Assembly: GCA_050951545.1 (NCBI GenBank)
Contig: JBMNJG010000004.1
Span: forward strand, 192,001 to 256,000
From: Limnochordia bacterium
GTDB taxonomy: Bacteria > Bacillota > Limnochordia > DTU080
Direction: 5' to 3'
DNA length: 64,000 bases
The stretch's first letter is position 1; every line of letters starts with the position of its first letter. The notes under the pieces are model-generated. The model worked only from the letters and a program-made list of their open reading frames with translations, made no database searches and was not told the DNA's origin. Both the position numbers and the translations under genes were made by a program. Positions 9,042 to 19,936 of the stretch are shown piece after piece.

Positions 9042-10100
9042 ATGTCTTTGCGGGACATCATTGGCAAGACACTCAGTGAATGGATGAAGGGCACGGGGCC
9101 TGAGCGTGACGTCGTCTTGTCTAGCCGAGTCCGTCTGGCCCGCAACCTGGCTGGCATTCCATTCCCCGCTACCGCACAAGATGATCAGCGGCGGCATGTG
9201 GTGGATCTTGTGGAGGCGGCAACGAGGCATCATCCGATCTTAGCAGAAGCGGATTTCGTGCGCTTGGCAGACGTGTCTACACTGGAGCGCCAACTGCTTG
9301 TGGAGAAGCATCTCATCAGTCCGCAGCATGCGAACGATGTGAAGCACAAGGCTGTTATTCTACGCAACGATGAAGCCGTGAGCATCATGGTCAATGAAGA
9401 GGACCATCTACGTTGTCAGGCCCTCTTTCCGGGTCTCCAGGTACAAGAAGCGTGGAAACTCTGTAGCCAGGTGGACGATGCGTTTGGCGAGCGACTAGAG
9501 CTGGCCAGCTCACCACGGTGGGGGTTCCTTACAGCGTGTCCGACCAACGTCGGCACGGGTATGCGAGCCTCGATAATGATGCATCTACCTGCTCTATCGA
9601 TAACAGACCAGATGAAACGCGTGGTGACTGCTGTCTCCCAGTTTGGGGTTGCTGTACGTGGCATCTATGGCGAGGGCACGGACGTTTTGGGCAATGTGTA
9701 CCAGATCTCCAACCAAGTGACGCTAGGGCATAGCGAGGACGAGATTATCGAGCATCTGGTGCAGCTGACTCGTCAGATCTTAGAGCAAGAGCGCAACTTC
9801 CGCGAGCGGATACGTACGCAGAGTCGAACGCAGCTGGAAGACCGAATCTTTCGCTCGTATGGACTGCTGACGAATGCCCGCATTCTCTCCACGCAAGAGG
9901 CCATGCAGCTACTGTCTGACGTCCGTCTGGGCATTGACATGGGGCTGGTGCAGGGGCTTGAGCCACGCATTCTGCAGGAGTTGCTGGTGATGATTCGACC
10001 AGCTCATCTGCAGAAACTGATGGGTTGCGAGCTTGATGCTCCTGAAAGAGATATGCGCCGGGCGGCGCTCATTCGAGAGCGAATGAAGCCGGCAGCTTAG
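9042..10100 (+). CDS. mcsB: Protein arginine kinase McsB
   Basis: SSRVRLARN, MVNEEDHLR, LTACPTNVGTGMRAS. Confidence 0.96.
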   Translation: MSLRDIIGKTLSEWMKGTGPERDVVLSSRVRLARNLAGIPFPATAQDDQRRHVVDLVEAATRHHPILAEADFVRLADVSTLERQLLVEKHLISPQHANDVKHKAVILRNDEAVSIMVNEEDHLRCQALFPGLQVQEAWKLCSQVDDAFGERLELASSPRWGFLTACPTNVGTGMRASIMMHLPALSITDQMKRVVTAVSQFGVAVRGIYGEGTDVLGNVYQISNQVTLGHSEDEIIEHLVQLTRQILEQERNFRERIRTQSRTQLEDRIFRSYGLLTNARILSTQEAMQLLSDVRLGIDMGLVQGLEPRILQELLVMIRPAHLQKLMGCELDAPERDMRRAALIRERMKPAA

Positions 10101-10148
10101 GGAGTAGCAGCCAGTTTTCACGACATAGAGGATTGGAGTGAGCGATGA

Positions 10149-12596
10149 ATGTTTAGCAGATTCACGGAACGAGCTCAGAAAGTGGTCGTTCTGTCGCAAG
10201 AAGAGGCGAGAAGACTTGGGCACAACGTTGTTGGTACGGAGCACATCCTGCTGGGCCTAGCAGCGGAAGGCGAAGGCGTTGCCGCACGTGCTCTGCAGGC
10301 CATGGGCATCAGTCTGGAAAAAGTTCGCTTGGAGGTAGAGAACGTCATCGGTCGCGGCGAAGGCACCCCGCAAGGACAGATTGGCTTTACGCCGCGCGCG
10401 AAACGTGTACTAGAGCTGGCTTTTGAAGAGGCGCGTCAACTGAACCATACCTACATTGGCACTGAGCATATCCTACTGGGTCTCATCCGTGAGGGTGAGG
10501 GTGTTGCGGCCCAGGTTCTCAAGAACCTCGGGGCCGATCTGGACAAGGTGCGCCGACAGGTGGTCGATCTTTTGGGCGGAGCGTCGCAGGGTGCCTCAAA
10601 ACGCGAGGCCAGAGCACGCAAGACACCGACGCTCGACCAGTTCGGACGCGATCTCACGGAACTCGCTCGTGAGGAAAAGTTGGATCCGGTAGTCGGGCGC
10701 GAAAACGAAATCCAAAGAGTCATCCAAGTGCTCTCCCGGCGCACCAAGAACAACCCCGTCCTGATCGGTGATCCAGGCGTAGGCAAGACAGCCATCGTGG
10801 AGGGTCTTGCCCAGATGATCGTACAAGGCAATATCCCTGAGACGCTCAACGACAAGCGCGTGGTGAGCCTTGATTTGGGTGCCTTGGTGGCGGGCTCAAA
10901 GTTCCGCGGTGAATTTGAAGAGCGTCTGAAGAAAGTGATGGATGAGATTCGGGGTTCGGGCGATGTCATCCTGTTCATCGATGAGATGCACACCATCATC
11001 GGTGCGGGAGCAGCTGAAGGCGCTATCGATGCCTCGAATATCCTAAAGCCAGCTTTGTCTCGGGGCGAGTTGCAGGCCATTGGAGCGACTACCATCGATG
11101 AGTACCGCAAGCACGTAGAGAAAGACGCCGCGCTCGAGCGTCGCTTTCAACCCATCCTAGTGGATGAGCCCACTGTTGAGGAGACCATCCTCATTCTTGA
11201 GGTGCTGCGAGACCGCTACGAAGCCCATCATAGAGTGAAAATAACTGACGAGGCATTGGTTGCTGCTGCACGGCTTTCCGACCGTTTCGTTTCGGATCGG
11301 TTCTTGCCTGACAAGGCCATTGATCTGATGGATGAAGCAGCTTCGAGAGTGCGTCTATCCGGGCTAATGCCGCCTTCTGAGTTGAAGGATCTGGAACAAG
11401 AGATCGAAGAGGTGCGCCGAGAGAAAGAGGCTGCGACGCAAAACGAGGAGTTCGAGAAAGCCGCTTCTCTGCGTGACAAAGAAAAGGCGCTCATGGAGGA
11501 TCTGGACGACAAGCGCAACGAGTGGAAGTCGAGTCGGACTCGTCGCGATGGTAACGTGACTGAAGATGAGATCGCTCAGATTGTCAGCAGCTGGACGGGC
11601 GTGCCGGTAATCAAACTGGCCGAGGAAGAGAGCGAGCGGCTACTTAATCTCGAGGAAGTCCTACACAAACGCGTAGTGTCACAAGATGAGGCGATCGAAG
11701 CGGTGTCACGAGCCGTCCGCCGTGCACACTCCGGCCTGAAAGATCCCAAGCGCCCCGTCGGTTCGTTCATCTTCTTAGGACCCACCGGTGTAGGCAAGAC
11801 GGAGCTAGGTAGAGCCTTGGCTGAGGCCCTCTTTGGCGATGAGGACGCGATGATCCGCATCGACATGTCGGAATACATGGAGCGGCATACCGTGTCGCGG
11901 CTGGTTGGGGCCCCTCCGGGATACGTCGGTTACGAGGAAGGTGGCCAGCTGACAGAACGCGTGCGTCGTCGGCCCTACTCGGTGATCCTACTCGATGAGG
12001 TGGAGAAAGCCCACCCGGAGGTTTTCAACATCCTCCTGCAGGTTCTTGAGGATGGCCGTCTCACAGATGCCAAGGGGCGCACCGTTGATTTCCGTAACAC
12101 TGTGCTAATCATGACCTCTAATGTAGGGGCTCATGAGATCCAAAGAGAGACCACCATTGGTTTCAGACTAGAGATGGACGAGAAGGCTAGTTACGAGAGC
12201 ATGAAGACAAAGGTCATGGAGGAGTTGCGCCGCACCTTCAGACCTGAGTTCCTCAACCGTATCGACGAGGTAATCGTCTTCCATGCACTCAACAAAGAGC
12301 AACTGAAGAGCATCGTCGGGATCATGACGCGTGACCTGCAGAAGCACCTGAAGCAACGTGATGTGCAGCTTCAGTTCACTGAGGCTGCGAAGACCCTGCT
12401 CGCGGAGAAGGGGTACAATCCGGAGTATGGTGCTCGTCCGCTGCGCAGAGCCATTCAACGCCTCGTTGAGGATCCCCTCTCAGAGGAGATGCTGAAGGGC
12501 ACATTCGAGGACGGCGATGTTATTGAAGCAGACGCGGAAGGTGACAAGATCGTTTTCCGCAAGGCGGTGCAGGTTACCGCAGAGGATAGCGAATAA
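10149..12596 (+). CDS. clpC: Clp protease ATP-binding subunit ClpC
   Basis: Two Clp-N repeats, GDPGVGKT and GPTGVGKT Walker A, UVR middle domain, IGF loop. Confidence 0.98.
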   Translation: MFSRFTERAQKVVVLSQEEARRLGHNVVGTEHILLGLAAEGEGVAARALQAMGISLEKVRLEVENVIGRGEGTPQGQIGFTPRAKRVLELAFEEARQLNHTYIGTEHILLGLIREGEGVAAQVLKNLGADLDKVRRQVVDLLGGASQGASKREARARKTPTLDQFGRDLTELAREEKLDPVVGRENEIQRVIQVLSRRTKNNPVLIGDPGVGKTAIVEGLAQMIVQGNIPETLNDKRVVSLDLGALVAGSKFRGEFEERLKKVMDEIRGSGDVILFIDEMHTIIGAGAAEGAIDASNILKPALSRGELQAIGATTIDEYRKHVEKDAALERRFQPILVDEPTVEETILILEVLRDRYEAHHRVKITDEALVAAARLSDRFVSDRFLPDKAIDLMDEAASRVRLSGLMPPSELKDLEQEIEEVRREKEAATQNEEFEKAASLRDKEKALMEDLDDKRNEWKSSRTRRDGNVTEDEIAQIVSSWTGVPVIKLAEEESERLLNLEEVLHKRVVSQDEAIEAVSRAVRRAHSGLKDPKRPVGSFIFLGPTGVGKTELGRALAEALFGDEDAMIRIDMSEYMERHTVSRLVGAPPGYVGYEEGGQLTERVRRRPYSVILLDEVEKAHPEVFNILLQVLEDGRLTDAKGRTVDFRNTVLIMTSNVGAHEIQRETTIGFRLEMDEKASYESMKTKVMEELRRTFRPEFLNRIDEVIVFHALNKEQLKSIVGIMTRDLQKHLKQRDVQLQFTEAAKTLLAEKGYNPEYGARPLRRAIQRLVEDPLSEEMLKGTFEDGDVIEADAEGDKIVFRKAVQVTAEDSE

Positions 12597-12611
12597 GGCT
12601 GAAAGTAGCAG

Positions 12612-13958
12612 GTGGACATGGCGAGTCGACGAGCACGTACGACGTTTGTGTGTGTGGACTGCGGGGCAGAGTCTATGAAATGGATGGGGCGCTGCCCCAC
12701 GTGCCAGGCCTGGAATACCCTTGAGGAGAGAAATGAGAAGGTGGGCCCGGCGCCTGCTAGCCCGCACACGCTGTCGAAGCTGGTTAGCGAGGATGAAGAG
12801 CGCAAGCCAATCGAAGTCCCTGAGTTCGACCGCGTTATGGGTGGCGGTTTGGTGACCGGATCTCTTGTCCTCTTAGGAGGAGACCCAGGTGTAGGTAAGT
12901 CAACGCTTCTGTTACAGGTGGCAGAGGCTTATGCAAAGCGTTGGGGAGAAGCACTCTACGTGTCTGCCGAGGAGTCGGCCCGTCAACTTCGGTTGCGGGC
13001 CTCTCGGCTCGGCGTAGCTTCAACACAGTTGTCTGTGCTCAATGAGACCGATCTTGGTACCATCCTGGCGTATGTGGAAGCTGCCCGTCCGGGACTGGTG
13101 GTCATTGACTCCGTTCAAGCGATCTCGATGACGGGTATCGATTCTGTGCCGGGAAGTGTTGCCCAAACACGCGCCTGCACGTATGCGCTGATGCAGGTGG
13201 CGAAGACGCATGGTATCACGATCGTTCTTGTGGGCCACGTCAACAAGCAGGGGGCACTGGCTGGACCGAAAGTTTTAGAACATGCCGTAGACGTGGTTCT
13301 TAGCTTCGAGGGTGAACGCCACACGGCGTATCGCATGTTGCGCGCGGTAAAGAATCGTTACGGTTCGACAAACGAACTAGGCGTCTTCAGCATGAATGAG
13401 AGAGGACTCGAGGAGGTTGCCAATCCTTCTGCGCTGTTCCTAGCCGAGCGGCCGGAGGGGGCTCCAGGCAGCGTGGTAGTGGCCTGCATGGAGGGTTCGC
13501 GGCCCCTATTGGTGGAGATTCAAGCGCTAGTAGGACCCGCTCCGTACGGCGGTACGCCGCGGCGGCAGACGGCAGGCGTGGATCGGAACCGAGCCGCCAT
13601 AGTCTTGGCGGTTCTCGAGAAGCGAGCAGGAGTACAGTTGCAGGCCCACGATGTCTACATCAGTGTAGCAGGAGGGCTGGCTGTGGACGAGCCAGCCGCA
13701 GACCTGGGTATTGCGCTGGCGGTAGCGTCCAGTTTTAAGGGCCGCCATGTAGAGCCCCACACGGTAGTCTTTGGGGAGATCGGTTTGGTCGGCGAGTTAC
13801 GGCGAGTAAGTCACGCGGAAAGGCGCCTGAATGAAGCGCGTAAATTAGGTTTCCGACGTTGCATACTACCTAGCGGGGTCTCTGTGAGACAACCTGATGG
13901 GATCGACCTAGTCCCTGTGGCTCGACTTACACAAGCATTGCAGACTGTTCTCGAGTAG
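12612..13958 (+). CDS. radA: DNA repair protein RadA/Sms
   Basis: C4 zinc finger, GGDPGVGKSTL, KNRYG, Lon-like C-terminus. Confidence 0.97.
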   Translation: MDMASRRARTTFVCVDCGAESMKWMGRCPTCQAWNTLEERNEKVGPAPASPHTLSKLVSEDEERKPIEVPEFDRVMGGGLVTGSLVLLGGDPGVGKSTLLLQVAEAYAKRWGEALYVSAEESARQLRLRASRLGVASTQLSVLNETDLGTILAYVEAARPGLVVIDSVQAISMTGIDSVPGSVAQTRACTYALMQVAKTHGITIVLVGHVNKQGALAGPKVLEHAVDVVLSFEGERHTAYRMLRAVKNRYGSTNELGVFSMNERGLEEVANPSALFLAERPEGAPGSVVVACMEGSRPLLVEIQALVGPAPYGGTPRRQTAGVDRNRAAIVLAVLEKRAGVQLQAHDVYISVAGGLAVDEPAADLGIALAVASSFKGRHVEPHTVVFGEIGLVGELRRVSHAERRLNEARKLGFRRCILPSGVSVRQPDGIDLVPVARLTQALQTVLE

Positions 13959-13989
13959 AGGCGGTCTGCTGTACTAAGAGGGTGAAGGG

Positions 13990-15075
13990 GTGTCAAGAGA
14001 AGCTGAGCAGACCGTGGATGAGCTGCTCCTGCGGACATTGCGTATGCTCTCTCCGGGAAGTGTGTTGCATGAGGCTCTGGAGAGCATTCTGCGCGCTCGT
14101 ACCGGGGCTTTGATTGTGGTCGGAGACAGCCCTGAGGTCTTGTCCCTTGTCAATGGGGGATTTCACATAGATGCGGAAATCACCGCTGCTGCTCTGTACG
14201 AACTAGCCAAGATGGATGGGGCTCTTATCCTTTCTCACGACACCAAACGAATTTTGTACGCGAACACTCATCTTACACCGGATCCGAGCATTCCCACACG
14301 CGAGACTGGCACGCGCCATCGGACTGCCGAACGCATAGCCAGGCAGACTGGCGAACTGGTGATTTCGATCTCCCAGCGGAGGAATGTGATCACTCTTTAC
14401 CGCGGCGCTATGCGCTATGTCATGCGGGACGTAGGTGTGATTCTGGCCAAGGCTAGTCAGGCGTTGGCTACGCTGGAGCGCTACAAGAGCGTTTTCAAGG
14501 AGGCCCTTCATAATCTCAGTGCTCTGGAGTTTGAGGATCTAGTTACGCTCTCGGATGTGCTGACGTGTGTGCAAAGGGCACAGATGGTACAGCGGATTGC
14601 GGCCGAGATTGGGCGCTACGTGGCCGAGCTTGGCTCTGAGGGGCGCCTCGTAGTGATGCAGTTGGAGGAGCTCCTCATGGATATGCACGATGAGGATCTA
14701 CTTGTTGTGAAAGACTATGCAGTAGACGGCCGCGATGAGAATCCTGATGAGGTCATGGCTGCCTTGCGGCAATGGACCAGCGAGGAATTGCTGGACCTCG
14801 CGCTGATCGCGAAGGCGCTGGGGATTCAGAAGACAGCCGCAGACCTCGACACGCCGATGACTCCGCGCGGTCACCGCCTGCTGCACAAGGTCCCTCGCCT
14901 ACCCGAGCAGGTCATCGCCAACCTCGTGGAGCATTTCGGTTCACTGCCCGAAATCATCGCTGCTTCTACGGAGGAACTCGACGTCGTGGAAGGAATCGGG
15001 GAAGTACGAGCTCGAGCGATCAGAGAAGGTCTGAGGCGTCTGCGAGAACAAGTGTTGCTCGAGCGGCCGCTATAG
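13990..15075 (+). CDS. disA: Diadenylate cyclase DisA
   Basis: KMDGA and GTRHRTA motifs, C-terminal HhH. Confidence 0.97.
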   Translation: MSREAEQTVDELLLRTLRMLSPGSVLHEALESILRARTGALIVVGDSPEVLSLVNGGFHIDAEITAAALYELAKMDGALILSHDTKRILYANTHLTPDPSIPTRETGTRHRTAERIARQTGELVISISQRRNVITLYRGAMRYVMRDVGVILAKASQALATLERYKSVFKEALHNLSALEFEDLVTLSDVLTCVQRAQMVQRIAAEIGRYVAELGSEGRLVVMQLEELLMDMHDEDLLVVKDYAVDGRDENPDEVMAALRQWTSEELLDLALIAKALGIQKTAADLDTPMTPRGHRLLHKVPRLPEQVIANLVEHFGSLPEIIAASTEELDVVEGIGEVRARAIREGLRRLREQVLLERPL

Positions 15076-15130
15076 CTTGCTAGCGTCCATGGCATGGCAC
15101 ACTTGTCGAAGCTCGGATGTCTGCCGTTCA

Positions 15131-15159
15131 TTGACATAGCGGCAATCAAATGCTAGAGT
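15131..15159 (+). promoter_or_regulatory. SigA promoter of carD
   Basis: TTGACA-N17-TAGAGT with TG extension. Confidence 0.7.
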
Positions 15160-15193
15160 AAACAGTAGTGGGCATCCCGGGGGCTGGGAGGTT

Positions 15194-15679
15194 ATGCCAG
15201 GGATGTACGAAATAGGCGACAAAGTAGTGTACCCAATGCATGGCGCGGGAATCATAGAGGCCATCGAGGAACAGGAGATTCTCGGTGAAAGTCGACGTTA
15301 CTATGTCATGAAAATGCCTCTCGGTGACATGAAAGTCATGGTTCCGATGAAGAACGTTGAGAACTTGGGGGTACGCCAGATTGTCTCTGCAGAGGAAGTT
15401 GAGTCTGTCTTAGACGTCTTGCGGGGCGAGCGCTCCAAGATGCCTCAGAATTGGAATCGTCGTTACCGGGCTAATCTCGAGAAGATTAAGACCGGGGATA
15501 TCTACGAGGTAGCGGAGGTGGTACGCAACCTTGCTATTCGCGATCGAGAAAAAGGGCTGTCCACTGGCGAACGCAAGATGCTCGATAGCGCGAAGCAGAT
15601 CCTGGTAAGTGAGTTGGTCCTTGCCCAAGACAGCTCACGGGACGAAGTAGAAGCGATGCTGCAAGGGCTCCTTGAGTAG
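15194..15679 (+). CDS. carD: CarD-family transcription regulator
   Basis: IGDKVVYPMHGAG, NWNRRYR, LSTGERKML. Confidence 0.95.
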   Translation: MPGMYEIGDKVVYPMHGAGIIEAIEEQEILGESRRYYVMKMPLGDMKVMVPMKNVENLGVRQIVSAEEVESVLDVLRGERSKMPQNWNRRYRANLEKIKTGDIYEVAEVVRNLAIRDREKGLSTGERKMLDSAKQILVSELVLAQDSSRDEVEAMLQGLLE

Positions 15680-15839
15680 GGTGCCCTTCCCGCCACGCCT
15701 GTGCCCCTACGTGGGCAACCGTTGTCCGCGATCGTTATACATCGCGTTTTTCGTGTTTAGACATAACCTGTCTTGCGTGGGAAATACTGCTCTGTGAGAC
15801 TGTGTTAGCGACGCGGTTCGTCTATCAGGAGGTGAGGGT

Positions 15840-16922
15840 ATGTTAAACGCCACACGCGTTCTTATGGCGTTGCTCGGGGGCACCATCGGATATTACTCAG
15901 CTTGGCACCTTGTGGCAACAGGCGTGTGGCCTACAGCGACGGACCATCCATGGGCCGTTCTTGCGGTAGGTAGTTTAGTAATGGCCAGTTTGGGGGCAGT
16001 GTTGACCCGCCATGTTGTCTCAGGAGTTCGACGGATTCTCACATCTTTTATCGCTGCCTTGCAGCATACACCCACGGTGGATGTTGCGGTGGGTTCCATC
16101 GGTCTCATATCGGGTCTGATCATTGGCATTTTGGCAACACTGCCTTTGCCACGCTCCATACCAGTGGTGGGCAGCGTTGTGCCTGTTGTTGTCACGCTTG
16201 TGCTCGGCTATGTCGGAGCCATGGTTGCGGTACGCAAACGGGATGACGTAATGCATATGTTCAGTCCGGGGGGCCGGTTACAAGGTCGAGACAGATCTAC
16301 TCGAGTTTCCAAAAGAGTGCCGAAAATAGTCGATACGTCGGTAATCATTGACGGTCGTATCGCTGACATTGTGCAGACCGGATTCTTGGAAGGACCCCTT
16401 GTGGTGCCTAGGTTCGTCCTAACAGAGCTGCAGCATATCGCCGATTCATCGGATGTGCTCAAGAGAAATCGGGGACGCAGGGGGCTCGACATTCTGAACC
16501 GCATTCAGAAGGAGTCGCGAGTGCAGGTGCAGGTAATTGAGCGCGACTTTGAAGAGCTGTCCGATGTGGATAGCAAACTAGTGCGTTTGGCTAAGCTGCT
16601 CGAAGGCAACGTCGTTACCAATGACTTCAACCTGAACAAGGTGGCTGAACTACAAGGGGTACGGGTGCTTAACATCAACGAGCTGGTCAATGCGGTAAAG
16701 CCGCTGGTGCTGCCCGGAGAAGAGATGGTTGTACACCTGATCAAGGACGGCAAGGAACAGGGTCAAGGAGTCGGTTACTTAGACGATGGGACCATGATTG
16801 TCGTGGATGGTGGCCGGCGCTACATTGGGGAGTCCATCGGAGTCTTGGTCACGAATGTCCTGCAGACGAACGCCGGGCGGATGATATTCGCTAAGCCCAA
16901 GGTGATGGAGAGGGCGCTTTGA
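15840..16922 (+). CDS. Membrane PIN/TRAM protein (YacL-like)
   Basis: Four TM helices, VDTSVIIDGRI, VTNDFNLNKVA, TRAM domain; conserved position. Confidence 0.93.
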   Translation: MLNATRVLMALLGGTIGYYSAWHLVATGVWPTATDHPWAVLAVGSLVMASLGAVLTRHVVSGVRRILTSFIAALQHTPTVDVAVGSIGLISGLIIGILATLPLPRSIPVVGSVVPVVVTLVLGYVGAMVAVRKRDDVMHMFSPGGRLQGRDRSTRVSKRVPKIVDTSVIIDGRIADIVQTGFLEGPLVVPRFVLTELQHIADSSDVLKRNRGRRGLDILNRIQKESRVQVQVIERDFEELSDVDSKLVRLAKLLEGNVVTNDFNLNKVAELQGVRVLNINELVNAVKPLVLPGEEMVVHLIKDGKEQGQGVGYLDDGTMIVVDGGRRYIGESIGVLVTNVLQTNAGRMIFAKPKVMERAL

Positions 16923-16923
16923 T

Positions 16924-18102
16924 GTGAGTATTCACGCAATTATCCCGGCGGCTGGGCAGGGGCGTCGCATGGGTGCCCCACACCCCAAGCAATACCTGAA
17001 GGTCAGGGGTAAGCCCCTTTTGGTCTGGACGGTACAGGCACTGACTGCTCACCCAAGGGTTGCGGGGGGTGTGGTTGTAGTCCCTGCTGGCGACGAAAGC
17101 TTGGTGCAGTCTCTGTTTCAGAAGTACGGATGTCATGGTCAGATGCAGGTAGTGGCTGGAGGTCTTGATCGGCGCGCATCTGTAGCAGCGGGCTTGGACG
17201 CCCTGCCGAACGATTGTGATGTGGTACTGGTGCACGACGGTGCCCGTCCTTTGGTCTCGCCTGAGGTAATAGAGCGAGTGGCAGATGCCGCTCGCTCTGG
17301 CGCGGTAACTGCCGCCTTGCCCGTACACGAAACGGTGAAGAGTGTCGAAGACGGGGTGGTTCTCCAGACCATCGATCGCAGCCAACTGTGGTCGATCCAG
17401 ACCCCTCAAGGTTTTCCCCGGGAGTTGCTGGCCCGAGCTCACGCGTTGCCTGACGATGGGGAGGCCACGGACGACTGTGCCTTGGTCGAGCGCCTAGGCG
17501 AAACGGTTCGGGTGGTAATGGGGGCTCCTGAGAACATGAAAGTAACCACGCCTGCAGACTTGCCCTTAGCGGAGTTGTGGCTGGCTCAAAGGGAAGTAGG
17601 GCCTTCATGTCCGGGCATGGGATTGGGCTATGATGTCCACCGTCTGGTCTCCGGCCGACCGCTCGTATTGGGTGGGGTAGAGATTCCCTATGAGTATGGC
17701 CTGCTTGGGCACAGCGATGCGGATGTCTTGGCGCACGCTTGCATGGACGCCCTATTGGGGGCTGCAGGGCTAGGAGACATCGGGCAGCACTTTCCGGATC
17801 ATGACCCTCTGTATGCGAGAGTCTCGAGTCTAGTGCTGCTACGACAAGTCATCGTCAAGCTAGACCATCTCGATCTCCGAGTTGGTGGTATCGATGCGGT
17901 TGTTGTGGCGGAGAAGCCCCGTCTCGCCGAGCACATCCCCGCAATGCGCACTCGCCTTGCGGAGGCTATGGGTGTCACAGCGGCTTGCGTCAATGTGAAG
18001 GCGACGACGAATGAGCGGCTCGGTTACCTGGGGCGGCAGGAAGCCATTGCGGCACAGGCGGTGGCTTGGGTGATGCCTGGTGGAAGGCGGCCTGACGACT
18101 GA
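16924..18102 (+). CDS. ispDF: Bifunctional IspD/IspF
   Basis: AAGQGRRMG..K, VHDGARP, QTPQGF then GYDVH, GHSDADV, GDIGQHFPD, VNVKATT in one frame. Confidence 0.95.
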   Translation: MSIHAIIPAAGQGRRMGAPHPKQYLKVRGKPLLVWTVQALTAHPRVAGGVVVVPAGDESLVQSLFQKYGCHGQMQVVAGGLDRRASVAAGLDALPNDCDVVLVHDGARPLVSPEVIERVADAARSGAVTAALPVHETVKSVEDGVVLQTIDRSQLWSIQTPQGFPRELLARAHALPDDGEATDDCALVERLGETVRVVMGAPENMKVTTPADLPLAELWLAQREVGPSCPGMGLGYDVHRLVSGRPLVLGGVEIPYEYGLLGHSDADVLAHACMDALLGAAGLGDIGQHFPDHDPLYARVSSLVLLRQVIVKLDHLDLRVGGIDAVVVAEKPRLAEHIPAMRTRLAEAMGVTAACVNVKATTNERLGYLGRQEAIAAQAVAWVMPGGRRPDD

Positions 18103-18127
18103 TAATACCGGGCCGCCTTCCACCAGG
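18076..18127. terminator. 17-bp inverted repeat between convergent ispDF and ribH
   Basis: CCTGGTGGAAGGCGGCC (18076-18092) / GGCCGCCTTCCACCAGG (18111-18127). Confidence 0.7.
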
Positions 18128-18598
18128 TCACTCAGAAAGCTGGCGCATGAGATTGCTCATCTCGATGGCCGAGAGAGCTGCGTCCCAGCCCTTGTTTCCC
18201 GCTTTGGTTCCTGCTCGTTCTATCGCCTGTTCAATGGTATCTGCAGTGATCACACCAAAAACTGTTGGCACCCCCGTGTCCAGACCCACTTTGGCCACAC
18301 CCTTGCTGGCTTCGGCTGCTACATAATCAAAGTGCGGCGTCGCGCCTCGGATAATCGCTCCCAGGCAAATCACGGCGTCATAGCGTCCCGAGGAGGCCAT
18401 CTTGACAGCGGCAAGAGGGATCTCAAACGAGCCGGGTACCCATGCGACATCGATGAGCTCTTCGGTCGCGCCGTGTCGCAGCAGAGCATCCATGGCTCCA
18501 CCGAGCAGGCGATTGGTTATGAAATCATTGAAACGAGCCACGACCACCCCGAAGCGCAGTCCCTCAGCGACTAGATGACCTTCATAATGTTTTCCCAC
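18128..18598 (-). CDS. ribH: Lumazine synthase
   Basis: [29 protein letters not shown]; GTG with GGAGG 7 nt upstream. Confidence 0.97.
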   Translation of the reverse strand: MGKHYEGHLVAEGLRFGVVVARFNDFITNRLLGGAMDALLRHGATEELIDVAWVPGSFEIPLAAVKMASSGRYDAVICLGAIIRGATPHFDYVAAEASKGVAKVGLDTGVPTVFGVITADTIEQAIERAGTKAGNKGWDAALSAIEMSNLMRQLSE

Positions 18599-18650
18599 AT
18601 CGTTACCTCCTGTGAAAATCAAGTGACGTTGTGCCGGAGTGTGCCATCGT

Positions 18651-19886
18651 CTATGAGCGCCCTCCCCTAACTGATTGCATTGTAGTGATGAAGTGGCCCA
18701 TCTTGCAGCGCTTGGTCTCGAGATAGCGCGCGTTGTTCGGATTAGCGGCTACCTCGAGCGGGATGCGGCCCGTCACTTGCAGCCCATACCCCTCCAGACA
18801 GGCGATCTTTCGCGGGTTGTTGGTCAGTAACCGAATGGTACTCAAACCCAGGTCAGAGAGGATTTGAGCTCCTGCACCATAGTGTCGCAGGTCGGCCGGA
18901 AAGCCCAAAGCCTCGTTGGCCTCAACAGTATCTTTACCGTCGTCTTGAAGCGCATAGGCGCGTAACTTGTTGAGTAAGCCTATGCCTCGGCCCTCATGCT
19001 CAGGGAAGTAGACCAGAACACCCATCTTCTCACGAGCGATGCGCTGCAAAGCGGCAACAAGCTGTTCGCCGCAATCACAACGCAAGCTGCCGAAGGTATC
19101 ACCTGTTAGGCAGCCTGAATGCATGCGGACGAGAACGTCCTCCTGATTGGCTACGTCACCGCAAACCAAAGCTACGATGGTCTCTTCGGTGACAGTGTCT
19201 CGGTAACCGACGACACGAAATCCACCATACTTCGTGGGCAGATCGGCCTCCGTCACGCGTTCGATAAGGCGTTCGGTATGTCGCCTGTAGGCAATCAGAT
19301 CACTGACGGTAATCATCAGCAGTCCATGTTTCGCAGCGAATTCCATGAGTTGGGGCGTACGGGCCATGGTACCGTCGTCGTTCATGATCTCGCAGATGAC
19401 ACCAGCGGGGGCTAGCCCAGCCAGTCGAGCCAGATCCACGGCGGCTTCTGTATGTCCGGTTCGACGCAGGACACCACCCTCACGACTGACCAGAGGGAAG
19501 ATATGGCCCGGTCTCCTCAGATCCTGCGGCCGGGTAGCATCAGACACTAGAGCCTGAACGGTTTCTGCTCGCTCAGCTGCGGAGATGCCTGTGGTGACGG
19601 TCTGAGCGTCTACTGATACAGTGAAAGCAGTGCCCATGGGGTCAGTGCTTCGACGCACCATGAGCGGAATGTCGAGCTCAGCGAGACGAGATGCGCTCAT
19701 CGGCACGCACACCAATCCGCGAGCGTGCGTCACCATGAAGTTGATATGCTCAGCAGTCGCTTTTTCAGCTGCCATGACCAGATCACCTTCATTCTCCCGA
19801 TCTGGATCGTCCACAACTACGAGCATGCCCCCCTGGCGAATGACTTCGATCGCCTCGGGTATGGTGGTAAAACTCGTTGTTCCCAT
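18651..19886 (-). CDS. ribBA: DHBP synthase / GTP cyclohydrolase II
   Basis: [47 protein letters not shown]. Confidence 0.97.
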   Translation of the reverse strand: MGTTSFTTIPEAIEVIRQGGMLVVVDDPDRENEGDLVMAAEKATAEHINFMVTHARGLVCVPMSASRLAELDIPLMVRRSTDPMGTAFTVSVDAQTVTTGISAAERAETVQALVSDATRPQDLRRPGHIFPLVSREGGVLRRTGHTEAAVDLARLAGLAPAGVICEIMNDDGTMARTPQLMEFAAKHGLLMITVSDLIAYRRHTERLIERVTEADLPTKYGGFRVVGYRDTVTEETIVALVCGDVANQEDVLVRMHSGCLTGDTFGSLRCDCGEQLVAALQRIAREKMGVLVYFPEHEGRGIGLLNKLRAYALQDDGKDTVEANEALGFPADLRHYGAGAQILSDLGLSTIRLLTNNPRKIACLEGYGLQVTGRIPLEVAANPNNARYLETKRCKMGHFITTMQSVRGGRS

Positions 19887-19936
19887 CAGAACTGTCTCCT
19901 TCGAGTTGTAATCTTGCACTATCGGCAGACCCTCAT

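Noticed and set aside
18080-18574. 164-aa plus-strand ORF and the many other antisense/overlapping ORFs in the track
   Set aside because: Shadows of well-identified genes on the other strand or frame; no recognisable motifs.
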